A stretch of DNA of 64,000 nt, from positions 41,208-105,207 of the forward strand of contig JANLZB010000038.1 in the NCBI GenBank assembly GCA_031366005.1. The letters are read 5' to 3'. How positions within the stretch are numbered: position 1 is the first letter of the stretch; every line of letters begins with the position of its first letter. Source of the stretch: Bacteroidota bacterium (GTDB lineage: Bacteria; Bacteroidota; Bacteroidia; AKYH767-A; OLB10). The translations under genes and the position numbers were made by a program. Below, piece by piece: positions 9,831 to 20,239 of the stretch. A model generated the notes under the pieces. The model was not told where the DNA came from and did not search any database. It worked only from the letters and a program-made list of their open reading frames with translations.

Positions 9831-12230
9831 ATGCTTTTAGCAAATAATACAAATTTGTATCAGTCGGCAATAGAGCAATTGCTCATTGACAACAAAGATT
9901 TTCTTTACGAGGTAATTAATGTATCTCCTTCGTTAATTTTTATCAAAGACAAAACCGGCAAATTCATTTTGGCTAATGATGCTTTTTGTAAAACTTTCGG
10001 ATACACGCTTGATCAGATATTAAATAAATGGAATCATGAAATTCATTCAAACAAAAAGGATACAGATCGTTATAGTAAAGTAGATGAGGAAGTAATAAAA
10101 ACACAAAAAGAAATTCACATTGAAGAATTTTATACCCTTCCCAATGGTGAAATAGCCTGGTATGATACAGTTAAGATTCCGCTTTTGCAGCCAAATGGCG
10201 ATGTGTATGTGCTTGCTATCTCCACTGATATTACTCAACGTAAGCATGTGCAGGAACAACTTAAGCTGAATGAGATAAGAATGAAAGAAGCGCAACGGAT
10301 GGCGCGTTTTGGCAATTGGGAATTTGATTTGGTAACACAGGCTATTAATTGGTCGGATGAGGTGTATCGTTTGTTTGGGGTTACTCCTTCAGCACAAGGG
10401 CCTTCTTATCACGAGTACCTGAGCCATATTCATCCAGATGATCTTGATAAAGTAATGGCAAATATTGAGCGAGCACTGGTAAAAGCTGTTGCTTATGAAA
10501 TGGATCACCGGGTAATAAGTAATGATGGCACAGTAAAAACTATTCATGCGTTATGCAAACCGTTGATTGATGAGAAAGGAAATGTGATCAAGCTCTTCGG
10601 CACTGTGCTGGAAGTTACTGACCGAAAAAAAGCAGAACAGGAATTGGTAATTGCCAAACAGCAGGCAGAAGAATCAGCGCGTGATAAGGAAACTTTTCTT
10701 GCCAATGTAAGCCATGAAATACGTACACCAATCAATGGGATTTTAGGAATGGCACGCCTGCTTCAAAAAACAAAGCTTGATTCAAAACAGCGAAGCTATC
10801 TCGATATTCTACGCATTACGGGCGATAATCTGTTAATGATTGTTAATGATATTTTAGACATTGCAAAAATTGAATCAGGTAAGCTAAGCATTGAAAAAAT
10901 ACCATTCAAGCTGGAGAACACCGCTGATATAGCACTTCAAACCCAAATGTACAAGGCAGAAGAAAAAGATCTTGGATTGCATTTCTATTTGCCGCAAGAA
11001 CCGTTTCCTATGGTGATTGGTGATCCACATCGCCTTAATCAGATATTACTCAACCTGCTTAGTAACGCAATTAAATTTACGGAGCATGGAAAAGTAGAAA
11101 TGAGTTGTGCCATTGTTGCAGAGGATAGTGTACAGCTTACAATTGAATTTTCTGTAAGAGATACCGGAATAGGGATTGCCGCAGATAATCCGGAAAAAAT
11201 ATTTGAGAGTTTCACACAGGCAACAGATGATACTTCACGTAAATATGGAGGAACCGGTTTAGGACTTGCGATTAGTAAAAATCTTGTGGAAATGCAGGGT
11301 GGACGGATTTGGGTTACGAGTCAACCCGGCAAAGGCAGTGATTTCAGATTTCAAATTCCTTATAACAAAGCACCAACTGATGTGGTTATTACTAAGTCAG
11401 CTTCACATATTGAATATACAAGCCTTGGCAAATTGCGGGTATTAATGGCGGAAGACAACAGGCTTAATCAATACGTAACAGAAGCAATGTTGCAGGACTG
11501 GGGATTTATTGTAGATCTTGCAAATAATGGAAAAGAAGCATTGTCACTTCTTACTCAGTTTAACTATGATATAGTGTTAATGGATATACAAATGCCTGAG
11601 CTAAATGGTGTGGAAACCACTAAGCTAATACGGAAATTATCTGATTCGCGTAAAGCAAATGTTCCCATCATTGCATTAACAGCAAACCCCAGCAGAACAC
11701 TTCATAAAAAATATTTATCTGAAGGGATGTCGGACTTACTGATAAAACCATACAAAGAAGAAACGTTGTTTACTAAAATAGCAGCACAAATAAAACTTAC
11801 CAATCCATCTCTGATAACGAGTCTTCAGCGTCCGCGGTTTCCTACCCGCAGAAAGCCCGTATCTAATAACGAAAGCCTCTATGATCTTTCATTATTAAGA
11901 AATAATGTGAGAAATAACGAGGAATTTATAAAACGCATGCTTGATATTTTTATTGATACCATTCCACCTTTAATTGCACAAATGCTCGATCATTTTAATC
12001 GAAACGAAATTGATAGTATTTGTTCTATTGCGCATAAAATAAAACCTACTTTGGATGGTGCAGGAATTATCAGTCTGCGAGAAACAATTCGCAACATCGA
12101 GAATTTCAGAGAGAAAAAACGCACACGAGACCAGCTTGGTCTTGATTTGAATAAACTTAATGAGGTGATAGGAAAGGTGATTGAAGAATTTCAGAAAAAA
12201 CGAAATTCGATGAATGATATAAAATCTTAA
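9831..12230 (+). CDS. PAS-domain hybrid sensor histidine kinase (HisKA-HATPase-receiver-Hpt)
   Basis: 799 aa with two PAS-like regions. The H-box is SHEIRTPINGILGM. HATPase_c motifs are present (DTGIGI, GGTGLGLAI). The receiver reads VLMAEDN...LMDIQMPELNG, and a C-terminal Hpt reads HKIKPTL. Confidence 0.85.
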   Translation: MLLANNTNLYQSAIEQLLIDNKDFLYEVINVSPSLIFIKDKTGKFILANDAFCKTFGYTLDQILNKWNHEIHSNKKDTDRYSKVDEEVIKTQKEIHIEEFYTLPNGEIAWYDTVKIPLLQPNGDVYVLAISTDITQRKHVQEQLKLNEIRMKEAQRMARFGNWEFDLVTQAINWSDEVYRLFGVTPSAQGPSYHEYLSHIHPDDLDKVMANIERALVKAVAYEMDHRVISNDGTVKTIHALCKPLIDEKGNVIKLFGTVLEVTDRKKAEQELVIAKQQAEESARDKETFLANVSHEIRTPINGILGMARLLQKTKLDSKQRSYLDILRITGDNLLMIVNDILDIAKIESGKLSIEKIPFKLENTADIALQTQMYKAEEKDLGLHFYLPQEPFPMVIGDPHRLNQILLNLLSNAIKFTEHGKVEMSCAIVAEDSVQLTIEFSVRDTGIGIAADNPEKIFESFTQATDDTSRKYGGTGLGLAISKNLVEMQGGRIWVTSQPGKGSDFRFQIPYNKAPTDVVITKSASHIEYTSLGKLRVLMAEDNRLNQYVTEAMLQDWGFIVDLANNGKEALSLLTQFNYDIVLMDIQMPELNGVETTKLIRKLSDSRKANVPIIALTANPSRTLHKKYLSEGMSDLLIKPYKEETLFTKIAAQIKLTNPSLITSLQRPRFPTRRKPVSNNESLYDLSLLRNNVRNNEEFIKRMLDIFIDTIPPLIAQMLDHFNRNEIDSICSIAHKIKPTLDGAGIISLRETIRNIENFREKKRTRDQLGLDLNKLNEVIGKVIEEFQKKRNSMNDIKS

Positions 12231-13387
12231 AGCAACTGATTTATTTTATTCACATTATTTTCCCAGGAAAAATTCTGCTTTACAAATGTATAAGCACGCT
12301 CAGCCATATCCTGAGCTTTATCCGGATTGTTTAATAAATCAATAATCATATCAGCATATTGCTGCGGATGATCAGCTACACGCACACAATTTTCAGGAGC
12401 TCCTATTGCATTGTTAGCAAGGCGGGAAATAACACATGGAGTTTTCATTGCCATAGCCTGCAGAATTTTATTCTGTAATCCAATACTGATCAACATGGGA
12501 GCAATCATAATTGCTGATGAGGAAAAAACCGAACGCACATCATCAATCCAACCTGTTACCACTACCTTGTCACTTTGTAAATTACGAACCTGCCTGGCTG
12601 GGGTTGCCCCGGCAATTAACATTGTAACATCGGGTTTATGTTTTTGTAATAAGGGGATAATTTTATTTACAACGTAAGTGGCTGCTTCGATGTTTGGCGG
12701 ATAAGCCATATTACCAATAAATAAAAGATCAAATTTTTTATCTGACAATTTTGGTTTGTAATAATCAAAATCAACACCGTTTGGAATTACCCTGATAGTA
12801 TTATTCATTGGATGCTGAATAAAACCCCTGTCCTGTTCAGAAATAATCAGATGATGTTTGAAGTGATCAAAAGTGCTGGTTTCATATTTTTTCACCCGCA
12901 GCTCTTCTATCTTCAGCAGCATTCTTTTCCACCATACACTGTGTTGTGCCAGCCTTTCCACTCCTTTGCCAAAAGCATCCATGTAATCAATTACTCCGTC
13001 AGGTAGCTGAACTACATCTGCATAAGCTGCCATTCTAATGAGGTGGCAAAAAACTTTGTCAGGATGATGTGTTTTTACAAATTCAGCTAATTTTTTTTTT
13101 ACACTATTACCTGTAAAGTATGCAACCTGGAACGGAACTGCTGTGGTTATTGCCACAAGCATCAGATGTATAGATTGAACAACGCTGATTTGGTCAACAT
13201 GAATTGCTTTGCAATAAGGAGCAACTTCGTTTATACTGTTTTGATCAGGTTGCTTATTATTAATTGCAAAAAGATAAATATCATGATAACGGCTGAGGTA
13301 TTTAATTAAATAATAGGCTCTGAGTTTATCTCCTTTTTCTATCGGGAATGGAAACCTGGAGGTAAGAAAAAGTAATTTCATTTGCAC
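12227..13387 (-). CDS. glycosyltransferase family 4 (GT1/GT4 fold)
   Basis: 386 aa. The C-terminal region has the GT4 signature (...AIMIAPMLISIGLQNKILQAMAMKTPCV...). The stop codon overlaps the convergent kinase gene by 4 nt. Confidence 0.65.
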   Translation of the reverse strand: MQMKLLFLTSRFPFPIEKGDKLRAYYLIKYLSRYHDIYLFAINNKQPDQNSINEVAPYCKAIHVDQISVVQSIHLMLVAITTAVPFQVAYFTGNSVKKKLAEFVKTHHPDKVFCHLIRMAAYADVVQLPDGVIDYMDAFGKGVERLAQHSVWWKRMLLKIEELRVKKYETSTFDHFKHHLIISEQDRGFIQHPMNNTIRVIPNGVDFDYYKPKLSDKKFDLLFIGNMAYPPNIEAATYVVNKIIPLLQKHKPDVTMLIAGATPARQVRNLQSDKVVVTGWIDDVRSVFSSSAIMIAPMLISIGLQNKILQAMAMKTPCVISRLANNAIGAPENCVRVADHPQQYADMIIDLLNNPDKAQDMAERAYTFVKQNFSWENNVNKINQLL

Positions 13388-13390
13388 GCA

Positions 13391-14122
13391 CTACTCAAAA
13401 CCATCCACAGATGCTTTGATCACAATACGTTTGAGTGAATCAGTAACATCCATAGATTTAACTTCATCACCGGCATCATTGAGTAAAAAAATCTTTTCCG
13501 TTTTGCGTGCATGTTCATTTAAATCTCCATGCTGTGGAATTACCTGCACTCTTCCGCTTCCGCCTTTAGGTTTATTACCAATGAAAACACGAACCGGTTT
13601 ATCTGCATTATTGTGGAATGTAAATTTAACCTGGTTCAACATATCTTCTTTTGCTCTTGCAATCATTAAACTATCATTCATACCCGGCTTTTGTACTTTG
13701 CGTTGCTGAATTTTATTAAGAGGAAGTCCGCGTTCATTACAATAAGCCTGCAAGCCAATTAAAGTTGCGTGTCCATTTACAAAAACCTTGTTACGGACAT
13801 AAGAGTCAAGTAATGTGATAATTTCCATTTGCGGATAGAGACACGCATACTGCACTTGCAAAGTCGGGAATGATCCGCTGAATTTTATTTTCCCATTATC
13901 AGGTATTAATATCAGCAGTGCTTCTGATTTGCTGTCAAGATTACGCAGCGAATAAAAATTGCCCTTTGCACCACTTTTTACATTGCAAATAAATTGTGGT
14001 ACTCCATTATTATAAACCGTATCGTTTTTCAAAGTAACATCATACTTTTCCTGCGCGTTGGAAAAAGTAATATGGAATATCAATGTTAATACAAGAATAA
14101 TTTTAATATGTGTGTTTATCAT
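13391..14122 (-). CDS. secreted hypothetical protein
   Basis: ORF with a signal peptide (MINTHIKIILVLTLIFHITFSNAQ) when started at the internal Met. No recognisable domain. Part of a same-strand cluster with GT4 and the DUF2807 gene. Confidence 0.35.
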   Translation of the reverse strand: MINTHIKIILVLTLIFHITFSNAQEKYDVTLKNDTVYNNGVPQFICNVKSGAKGNFYSLRNLDSKSEALLILIPDNGKIKFSGSFPTLQVQYACLYPQMEIITLLDSYVRNKVFVNGHATLIGLQAYCNERGLPLNKIQQRKVQKPGMNDSLMIARAKEDMLNQVKFTFHNNADKPVRVFIGNKPKGGSGRVQVIPQHGDLNEHARKTEKIFLLNDAGDEVKSMDVTDSLKRIVIKASVDGFE

Positions 14123-14123
14123 T

Positions 14124-14831
14124 CTATTCAGTCTTTTGAACATTTCCGCTGCCTGTTATATCTGATTTAATATGCGGATTTCCTTTGTAACGAATATTAC
14201 CACTGCCGGTTAAATTTGCTTTTAGCTCATCAGATGCGTTAACCTCTGCATCACCTGAACCGTTTATTTCAATGCTGGCATTGGCACTTTCTAATTCATA
14301 ACCATGAAAATCACCCGAACCATTTATGCTGATCTTTTGCTGATCACATTTTCCATTGAGAAAAATTTCACCCGAACCATTAATAGCACTTTCAATATCT
14401 AATATTTTTCCGCTTAGCTTTATTTTTCCTGAACCATTTAATTCCAGTTCAAGTTGTTTTTCATGAAGGTTGTTAATTCCCGAAATTTCACCGGAGCCAT
14501 TTAGTGTAATCGCACTTATTTTAGGAAGCGAAATAACAATCTGAACAGGTTTATTAATGTTAAAATTTTTATCCGATTCAATGGTGAGCTCACCACTACT
14601 CACTTTAGTTTTAATTAATTCTAAAATATTTTTCTGTGCAGCAATTACACAACTGAAACTGTCAGCTTCCACAAAATTGACAATGGCAGGAATGGAAAGT
14701 TCAATTTCCGTGGCATCAGTAATACTTCGGGTTTCGGTAACAATTGCTCCTTCTCCCTTTATTGATCTCTTGCAACTGCAAAACATCACAAAAAAAATTA
14801 AGAGCCAGTAACTATAAAGAAAATTTTTCAT
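14124..14831 (-). CDS. lipoprotein with DUF2807 (putative adhesin head, GIN-type) repeats
   Basis: 235 aa. The signal plus lipobox is FCSC. The repeated motifs GSG(E/D)I...NGSG... are typical of the DUF2807/DUF4097 beta-helical family. Confidence 0.5.
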   Translation of the reverse strand: MKNFLYSYWLLIFFVMFCSCKRSIKGEGAIVTETRSITDATEIELSIPAIVNFVEADSFSCVIAAQKNILELIKTKVSSGELTIESDKNFNINKPVQIVISLPKISAITLNGSGEISGINNLHEKQLELELNGSGKIKLSGKILDIESAINGSGEIFLNGKCDQQKISINGSGDFHGYELESANASIEINGSGDAEVNASDELKANLTGSGNIRYKGNPHIKSDITGSGNVQKTE

Positions 14832-14885
14832 TGCGGGATATAAATCACCGCGAATATAAGGAAGAACTAAAAGATGAGCTAAGTG

Positions 14886-15197
14886 TTATTTTTGATCTTC
14901 ACCCTTAACCCATGATTGCAATTTATTACGATTGCAAAGACCGTAATCAGGAGTGCTGATATTCCTCTTAAGTATAAAATCAGTTTCCTGCATATTTACT
15001 ACCTGAGTTAACCGGGCACCGCTATGACATCCGGAATGACCGGAACAGTTGGAAATAATTATTTTTCTTTCAGCAGTAGTTAGCGCATTTTTATCAGATG
15101 CATTTTGAGATGCGTAATTATTATCCGATTCTTTGGTACAGGAATATAAAACGGATGCAATGGCAAAAATTAATAAGGTGAGTAAGTTTGTTTTCAT
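14886..15197 (-). CDS. small Cys-rich lipoprotein, unknown function
   Basis: The start was chosen at the internal MKTNLLTLLIFAIASVLYSC signal and lipobox. The region CSGHSGCHSG is Cys/His-rich but carries no CXXCH motif. Confidence 0.35.
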   Translation of the reverse strand: MKTNLLTLLIFAIASVLYSCTKESDNNYASQNASDKNALTTAERKIIISNCSGHSGCHSGARLTQVVNMQETDFILKRNISTPDYGLCNRNKLQSWVKGEDQK

Positions 15198-15328
15198 GGT
15201 GTAGTATTTATAATATTTGAAATTATATTTGTTATTCAGGTATATCAAATATACGTAAGTTCATCTTTTCTTTAACAAAAGGCATTGAATTTTGACAAAC
15301 AAATGACGGGAAATTCAAAAAAAATAAA

Positions 15329-15769
15329 ATGAAAAACGAAACAAAACCGAGCACCTATAAACATAAAATACCTGTCCAGCTTAGGTTTAAAGATGGTGAT
15401 GTGATGGGCCATGTAAACAACGCTAATCACTTCACCTTTTTTGAACTTGCACGCATTCATTACTTCAGGGATGTGGTGAGAAAGGATATTAACTGGAATA
15501 AGGAGGGTATTATACTTGCCCGCATGGCGATTGATTATAAAAATCCATTATTGATTAGTGATGAGGTGTATGCTTACACAAAATGTGTGCGGTTAGGTAA
15601 TAAAAGTTTTGATCTTGAATATTTGTTAGTAGCGTTGAAAGGAAATCAGGAAACAGAAATTGCAACCGGTGTTTCTACTCTGGTATGTTATAATTATGAA
15701 ATTAAGGAATCAGTAGAAATTCCTGTTGAATGGAGAAAAAAAATGACTGCTTTTGATTTGATAAAGTAA
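15329..15769 (+). CDS. acyl-CoA thioesterase, hotdog (4HBT/YbgC-like) fold
   Basis: 146 aa. The N-terminus (IPVQLRFKDGDVMGHVNNANHFTFFELARIHYF) matches the 4HBT thioesterase family. Confidence 0.65.
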   Translation: MKNETKPSTYKHKIPVQLRFKDGDVMGHVNNANHFTFFELARIHYFRDVVRKDINWNKEGIILARMAIDYKNPLLISDEVYAYTKCVRLGNKSFDLEYLLVALKGNQETEIATGVSTLVCYNYEIKESVEIPVEWRKKMTAFDLIK

Positions 15770-15770
15770 A

Positions 15771-16571
15771 TCATTTACTCAATTCTTTTGCTCTTTTCTC
15801 AGCTGCAAGAATTCCTTTTTCAATATTAGCACCTAAATTATTTTCTTCAAAAACTTTTAAAGCTGCTTCTGTGGTTCCGCCTTTTGAAGCAACTATTTGA
15901 ATGAGTTCATCCAAAGATTTTGTTGCATTGTTAACGAGGTGATAAGCGCCAATCATTGTTTGTTTAACAAGCATAGTGCTGGTTGCTTCTTCAAAACCCA
16001 TTCTCTTGCCAACATCCACCATGTGTTTTAAGAAATAATAAAAATAAGCAGGTCCGCTTCCGCTTAATGCAGTTACAGCATCTAATAAATCTTCGCGTTC
16101 TAAATAAACTATTCTGCCAGTGGTGGAGAGCAATGATTCTGCTTTGCGGATTAAATTAAAATCCATTGCAGGATGATTGGTGTAAGCAGTCATTCCCAAT
16201 CCTAATTCAGCAGGTGAGTTTGTCATTGCACGAACGATGTTGGTATGATTCAAATCTTTTTCAATAGTTGCCATGCGAATGCCAGCCATGATGGTTAGCA
16301 CTACATTGTTTGGTTTGATTACTGATTTTAAGGTGGAGGCAATGGATGGATAATCCTGTGGCTTAACAGAGATCAGCACAATGTCACTGGTAGAAACTTC
16401 TTCAGTTAATGAAGAAATCACACGACCAATGTTTAGTGTTTCTAAAGTATGTTTTCGTTCATCGCTTTTAGCAACAAGCAATAAATCATTCCGTTGAACA
16501 ATATCATATTTAATAAAAGAACGAGCAAACGCAAGTCCCATGTTTCCGCAACCGATGATTGTGATTTTCAT
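15771..16571 (-). CDS. proC: pyrroline-5-carboxylate reductase
   Basis: 266 aa. The Rossmann motif is MKITIIGCGNMGLAF. The ProC dimerisation region reads ...SGSGPAYFYYF. Confidence 0.85.
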   Translation of the reverse strand: MKITIIGCGNMGLAFARSFIKYDIVQRNDLLLVAKSDERKHTLETLNIGRVISSLTEEVSTSDIVLISVKPQDYPSIASTLKSVIKPNNVVLTIMAGIRMATIEKDLNHTNIVRAMTNSPAELGLGMTAYTNHPAMDFNLIRKAESLLSTTGRIVYLEREDLLDAVTALSGSGPAYFYYFLKHMVDVGKRMGFEEATSTMLVKQTMIGAYHLVNNATKSLDELIQIVASKGGTTEAALKVFEENNLGANIEKGILAAEKRAKELSK

Positions 16572-16581
16572 TTATCTGTTT

Positions 16582-17994
16582 TTAAATATCCAGCAAAGAA
16601 GCATAATGTTTTGTAAAGTTTCCACCAAATCGCAGATCATTATATTCATCCTGCTGTGGCAGATAAAAAATTTTATAATCGTGATCGTGAAAAAATTTTA
16701 GTTCCTTTTCGGGAAGATAATAACGATAGATAATATTCGTGTTATCTCTTCCTTGTTGTTGCACTAAAATATTTGCCATCCACCAACCAGCAATAATGAG
16801 TGTTTTGTTTTTGATGATTGATGCTTTTTGAATCACTTCATCAGCATAATGCATTTGTTGTTTTCTTTTTAGACAATCTGCAATAACAGGCCCTTGTAAA
16901 AAATCAAATGAAACAGATTGATTGGAAATTGTTTTTTGAATTGATAATGGTGAAGCAGCAGCAGCGCGGTAAGGATCATAAAGATTGATACCAAAGAAAA
17001 ATGAACTGACAATCATTGCCAATGAAAATAATTTAAACTGGTTCTGCGAAAGCGTGATTGCAAATATTAAAATAACAAAAGGTATCAGTGGAATCATAAA
17101 TGCTGCTTTGAGCGGAAGCTTTATAAATGCTGTTGTATAAATCAATACAACAATCAAACTCATGTAAATTATTTTTTTGTGTTGAGAAAAAATTTCTTTT
17201 AAAATAATTTTTCGAAATGAAAACAATACTGCTGCCATTACGATTATAAAACCCAATGTTCCCCACACAGCAAATGTTCCTTTGTAAAAATTTTTAGCAA
17301 ATGATGGCAATGGAAAATGTTCATAATACTGAAAGAAACTTAGTCCGTACACTTTGATAACCGGGAGAAATAACAAGAGTGAAAAAAGCAAGGTTGAAAT
17401 TGTGAGTTTAACAATGTTTTTTATTGCGTGATTGTCTCGGAGAAATTTATTACCAGTATTTTGGCCAATACACCAGGTAAGATAAATAAAAGGAATCAGC
17501 ATTGCTCCGGAGGTAATTCTGCAGCCAACAGCAAGCCCGATAAACATTCCGGCAATCCAATAATTATTGCAAACAATAAAATAAAAGCTCATCATTAAAA
17601 ATGATAAAGCCCATGTGTAATCCAGTGCGTTGGTACTATTGACATAAACCACAGGAACAAAAGCCAGTGCAACACCTACCCATAAATAATTTGTTATTTG
17701 AAGTTTTCTTAATGTCAGCATAAAAAAAGCAATGGCTGCTGTGCTTAATAAAACAGTGAGGAAATTATAACTTGAGGCATCACGGTTCCAAAACATCACA
17801 TACGTTAATTCCTGCAATGGATGACCTGGTAATCTGGAAACTTCGTATTGACCTGTGTCGGCAATTCGTTCCGTTACTAATCGCATTGCCCATGCATCTT
17901 CCTCTGCACCATAACCCGCATTTAAAAATGGTAAGCGTGAAAGAAAAATCAGCAACAGCACCCACAAAAAATTACGATGCCCTGCTGATGTCAT
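16582..17994 (-). CDS. polytopic integral membrane protein, possibly a GT-C-fold glycosyltransferase (second copy of this type in the window)
   Basis: 470 aa with about 12 transmembrane segments. A loop GYGAEEDAW after TM1 resembles the D/E motif of ArnT/PMT-type transferases. The assignment is tentative. Confidence 0.3.
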   Translation of the reverse strand: MTSAGHRNFLWVLLLIFLSRLPFLNAGYGAEEDAWAMRLVTERIADTGQYEVSRLPGHPLQELTYVMFWNRDASSYNFLTVLLSTAAIAFFMLTLRKLQITNYLWVGVALAFVPVVYVNSTNALDYTWALSFLMMSFYFIVCNNYWIAGMFIGLAVGCRITSGAMLIPFIYLTWCIGQNTGNKFLRDNHAIKNIVKLTISTLLFSLLLFLPVIKVYGLSFFQYYEHFPLPSFAKNFYKGTFAVWGTLGFIIVMAAVLFSFRKIILKEIFSQHKKIIYMSLIVVLIYTTAFIKLPLKAAFMIPLIPFVILIFAITLSQNQFKLFSLAMIVSSFFFGINLYDPYRAAAASPLSIQKTISNQSVSFDFLQGPVIADCLKRKQQMHYADEVIQKASIIKNKTLIIAGWWMANILVQQQGRDNTNIIYRYYLPEKELKFFHDHDYKIFYLPQQDEYNDLRFGGNFTKHYASLLDI

Positions 17995-17995
17995 T

Positions 17996-19576
17996 TTATT
18001 TATTGATCACTTCAATGGCTTTTGCAAAAGCTTTATCCATCGTATGCAAAACAGGGAACAAACCATTGTTCTGCCAAAGCAACCGTGCAATAAATGCTTT
18101 TAACTGAACCTGGATTAAAGGTTTGGAATGTTGAAATCCCTTTTCAGCATATTTAATGTTTTTACTTTCTGCGTAAACAATAAACTTTTTCAACGTTGCC
18201 TCATCCACCATGAAGGATTTATTAAATGCATCAAAGTCTTTATAATTTTTAAGCATCGCACGATTGTCATCTACATAATCATAAGCAAACTGGGTGAGTA
18301 ATCCTTCACCAAAAATTTTATTCAGATAGTCGGAATTGTAATTTGTATCCAGCGGTACAAACACATCAGGTGTTATTCCGCCTCCGCCATACACAATTTT
18401 TCCACCGGGAGTTTTAAATTTCAATGAGTCAATTATATGAATGCTGTCAGCACTTTCAAGTTCGCCATGCTTGATACGCTCCATCAACTCATCATTGTAT
18501 GCTTCCACTCCGTTCTTATATGATTTCTGAATGCTTCTTCCTGTTGGTGTGTAATAGCGTGCGATCGTCAAACGCAGTGCCGAACCATCCGGAAAAACAG
18601 TTTGCTCCTGCACCAGTCCTTTTCCAAAACTTCTTCTGCCAATAATTGTTGCACGATCCCAGTCCTGCAAAGCACCGCTTAAAATCTCTGATGCTGATGC
18701 CGATCCTTCATCAATCAACACAACTAATTTTCCTTTTTCAAATCCTCCCGGTTGATCTGCATAATAATCTGTTCGTGGCCGTGCTTTGCCTTTGGTGTAA
18801 ACAATTAGTTTTTTTCCATCTAAGAATTCATCCGCCACACGGGTTGACGCATCCAGGTAACCACCAGGGTTTCCTCGCAAATCAAGAATGAGTTGTGACA
18901 TCCCTTTTCGATGCAGCTTATCAAACGCTTCCATGTATTCGTTATATGTGGTAGCTGCAAAACGACTGATCTTTATATAACCTGTTTTATCATCAACCAT
19001 ATAAGCAACATCAACACTGTAAATCGGAATTTTTCCGCGTGTAATAATAAATTCTCTCAGCCTGGTTTCACCTCTTCTGAGTATATCTACTTTTACTTTT
19101 GTCCCGCCCTTTCCACGCAATGTTTTTAATACCTGTTCATTGGTGATATGAATACCAGCTTTACTTTTTCCATCCACTTTGATAATCCTGTCACCCGCCA
19201 TAATCCCAACCGCTTCAGAAGGACCACCGCTTAATGCAGCAACCACCATGATAGTATCCTGCTGAATATGAAATTCAATACCAACTCCTTCAAAATTTCC
19301 TTCAAGCGGTTCATTGGCTGCTGCCAGCTCTTCTGCGGGAATGTATGCAGAGTGCGGATCAAGATTCTCTAATAGTTTTTCAATGGTTCCATCCATCAAT
19401 TGTTTTGAATTGATGGTGTCCACATATTCCTGCCTGACATAATTGAGTACATCGCTCAGTTTATTGTAATTGGTTGTTGCTGGCGCAGGACTTAACTTAC
19501 TGCCGAGATATAATCCAATAGCAAGCACAATTCCTAAAATAAAAGGAAGCCAGATTTTAAATTTTGTTTGATTCAT
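17996..19576 (-). CDS. C-terminal processing (tail-specific) peptidase, S41 family
   Basis: 526 aa. A signal-anchor is followed by a PDZ domain (GIMAGDRIIKVDG). The S41 catalytic region reads VVLIDEGSASASEILSGALQDWDRATIIGRRSFGKG. Confidence 0.85.
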   Translation of the reverse strand: MNQTKFKIWLPFILGIVLAIGLYLGSKLSPAPATTNYNKLSDVLNYVRQEYVDTINSKQLMDGTIEKLLENLDPHSAYIPAEELAAANEPLEGNFEGVGIEFHIQQDTIMVVAALSGGPSEAVGIMAGDRIIKVDGKSKAGIHITNEQVLKTLRGKGGTKVKVDILRRGETRLREFIITRGKIPIYSVDVAYMVDDKTGYIKISRFAATTYNEYMEAFDKLHRKGMSQLILDLRGNPGGYLDASTRVADEFLDGKKLIVYTKGKARPRTDYYADQPGGFEKGKLVVLIDEGSASASEILSGALQDWDRATIIGRRSFGKGLVQEQTVFPDGSALRLTIARYYTPTGRSIQKSYKNGVEAYNDELMERIKHGELESADSIHIIDSLKFKTPGGKIVYGGGGITPDVFVPLDTNYNSDYLNKIFGEGLLTQFAYDYVDDNRAMLKNYKDFDAFNKSFMVDEATLKKFIVYAESKNIKYAEKGFQHSKPLIQVQLKAFIARLLWQNNGLFPVLHTMDKAFAKAIEVINK

Positions 19577-20046
19577 ATAATTGTTTCCTGCGTAGGCTGA
19601 TAATGTAAAACTTCTATGCCAAATCTTTTTAAAAAATCAACGCCCTCATCTGCATTGATTCCTTTATAGTCAGCATAAGAATTCAGATAAATTACTTTTT
19701 TAATTCCAACAGAATAAATCATGCGTGCGCAGGGAAGACAGGGAGAAAGTGTGATATATAAAGTAGCACTATCTAATGTAATCTGATTTTTTGCAGCATA
19801 TAAAATAGCATTGGCTTCAGCATGCAATGCAAGTGAACATCCACCTTTTCTGTCACGCGGACAACCGGTATCAGGCCACTCTTCATCGCAGTTATGTGTT
19901 CCGGCAGGTGGTCCGTTATATCCTAATGAAACAATGCGTGTGTCTTTTGAAATTACTGCACCCACTTTTTTCTTTACACAATGCGATTTTCGGGCGAGGT
20001 TGCCAGCCAGGTCCATATAAATATCATCAAAACTCAATTTATTCAT
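19573..20046 (-). CDS. deoxycytidylate (dCMP) deaminase, cytidine/deoxycytidylate deaminase zinc-binding family
   Basis: 157 aa. The HAEANAI...PCLPCARMI zinc-binding signature (H-A-E ... PC..C) is present. Confidence 0.8.
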   Translation of the reverse strand: MNKLSFDDIYMDLAGNLARKSHCVKKKVGAVISKDTRIVSLGYNGPPAGTHNCDEEWPDTGCPRDRKGGCSLALHAEANAILYAAKNQITLDSATLYITLSPCLPCARMIYSVGIKKVIYLNSYADYKGINADEGVDFLKRFGIEVLHYQPTQETII

Positions 20047-20239
20047 AGAGCAAAGATAGTTTGGCTAATGCAGAATTCGGAGCGTGATTAATTTCTTAAA
20101 TAATTATGCTTTGGCCCGCGCTCACCCTTAATTCCCTAAAGGGATACCACACGCGACAATTCCCCTTTAGGGGTTAGGGGTTTTTGAAGATGAAACACAT
20201 TGGATTTAAAATTTAAACAGGCTCTAAGAATGTTGAATC

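Noticed and set aside
14886-15197. Possible c-type cytochrome (Cys/His-rich CSGHSGCHSG) in the small lipoprotein
   Set aside because: No CXXCH spacing is present. The cysteines are three or more apart from the histidines in the wrong register.
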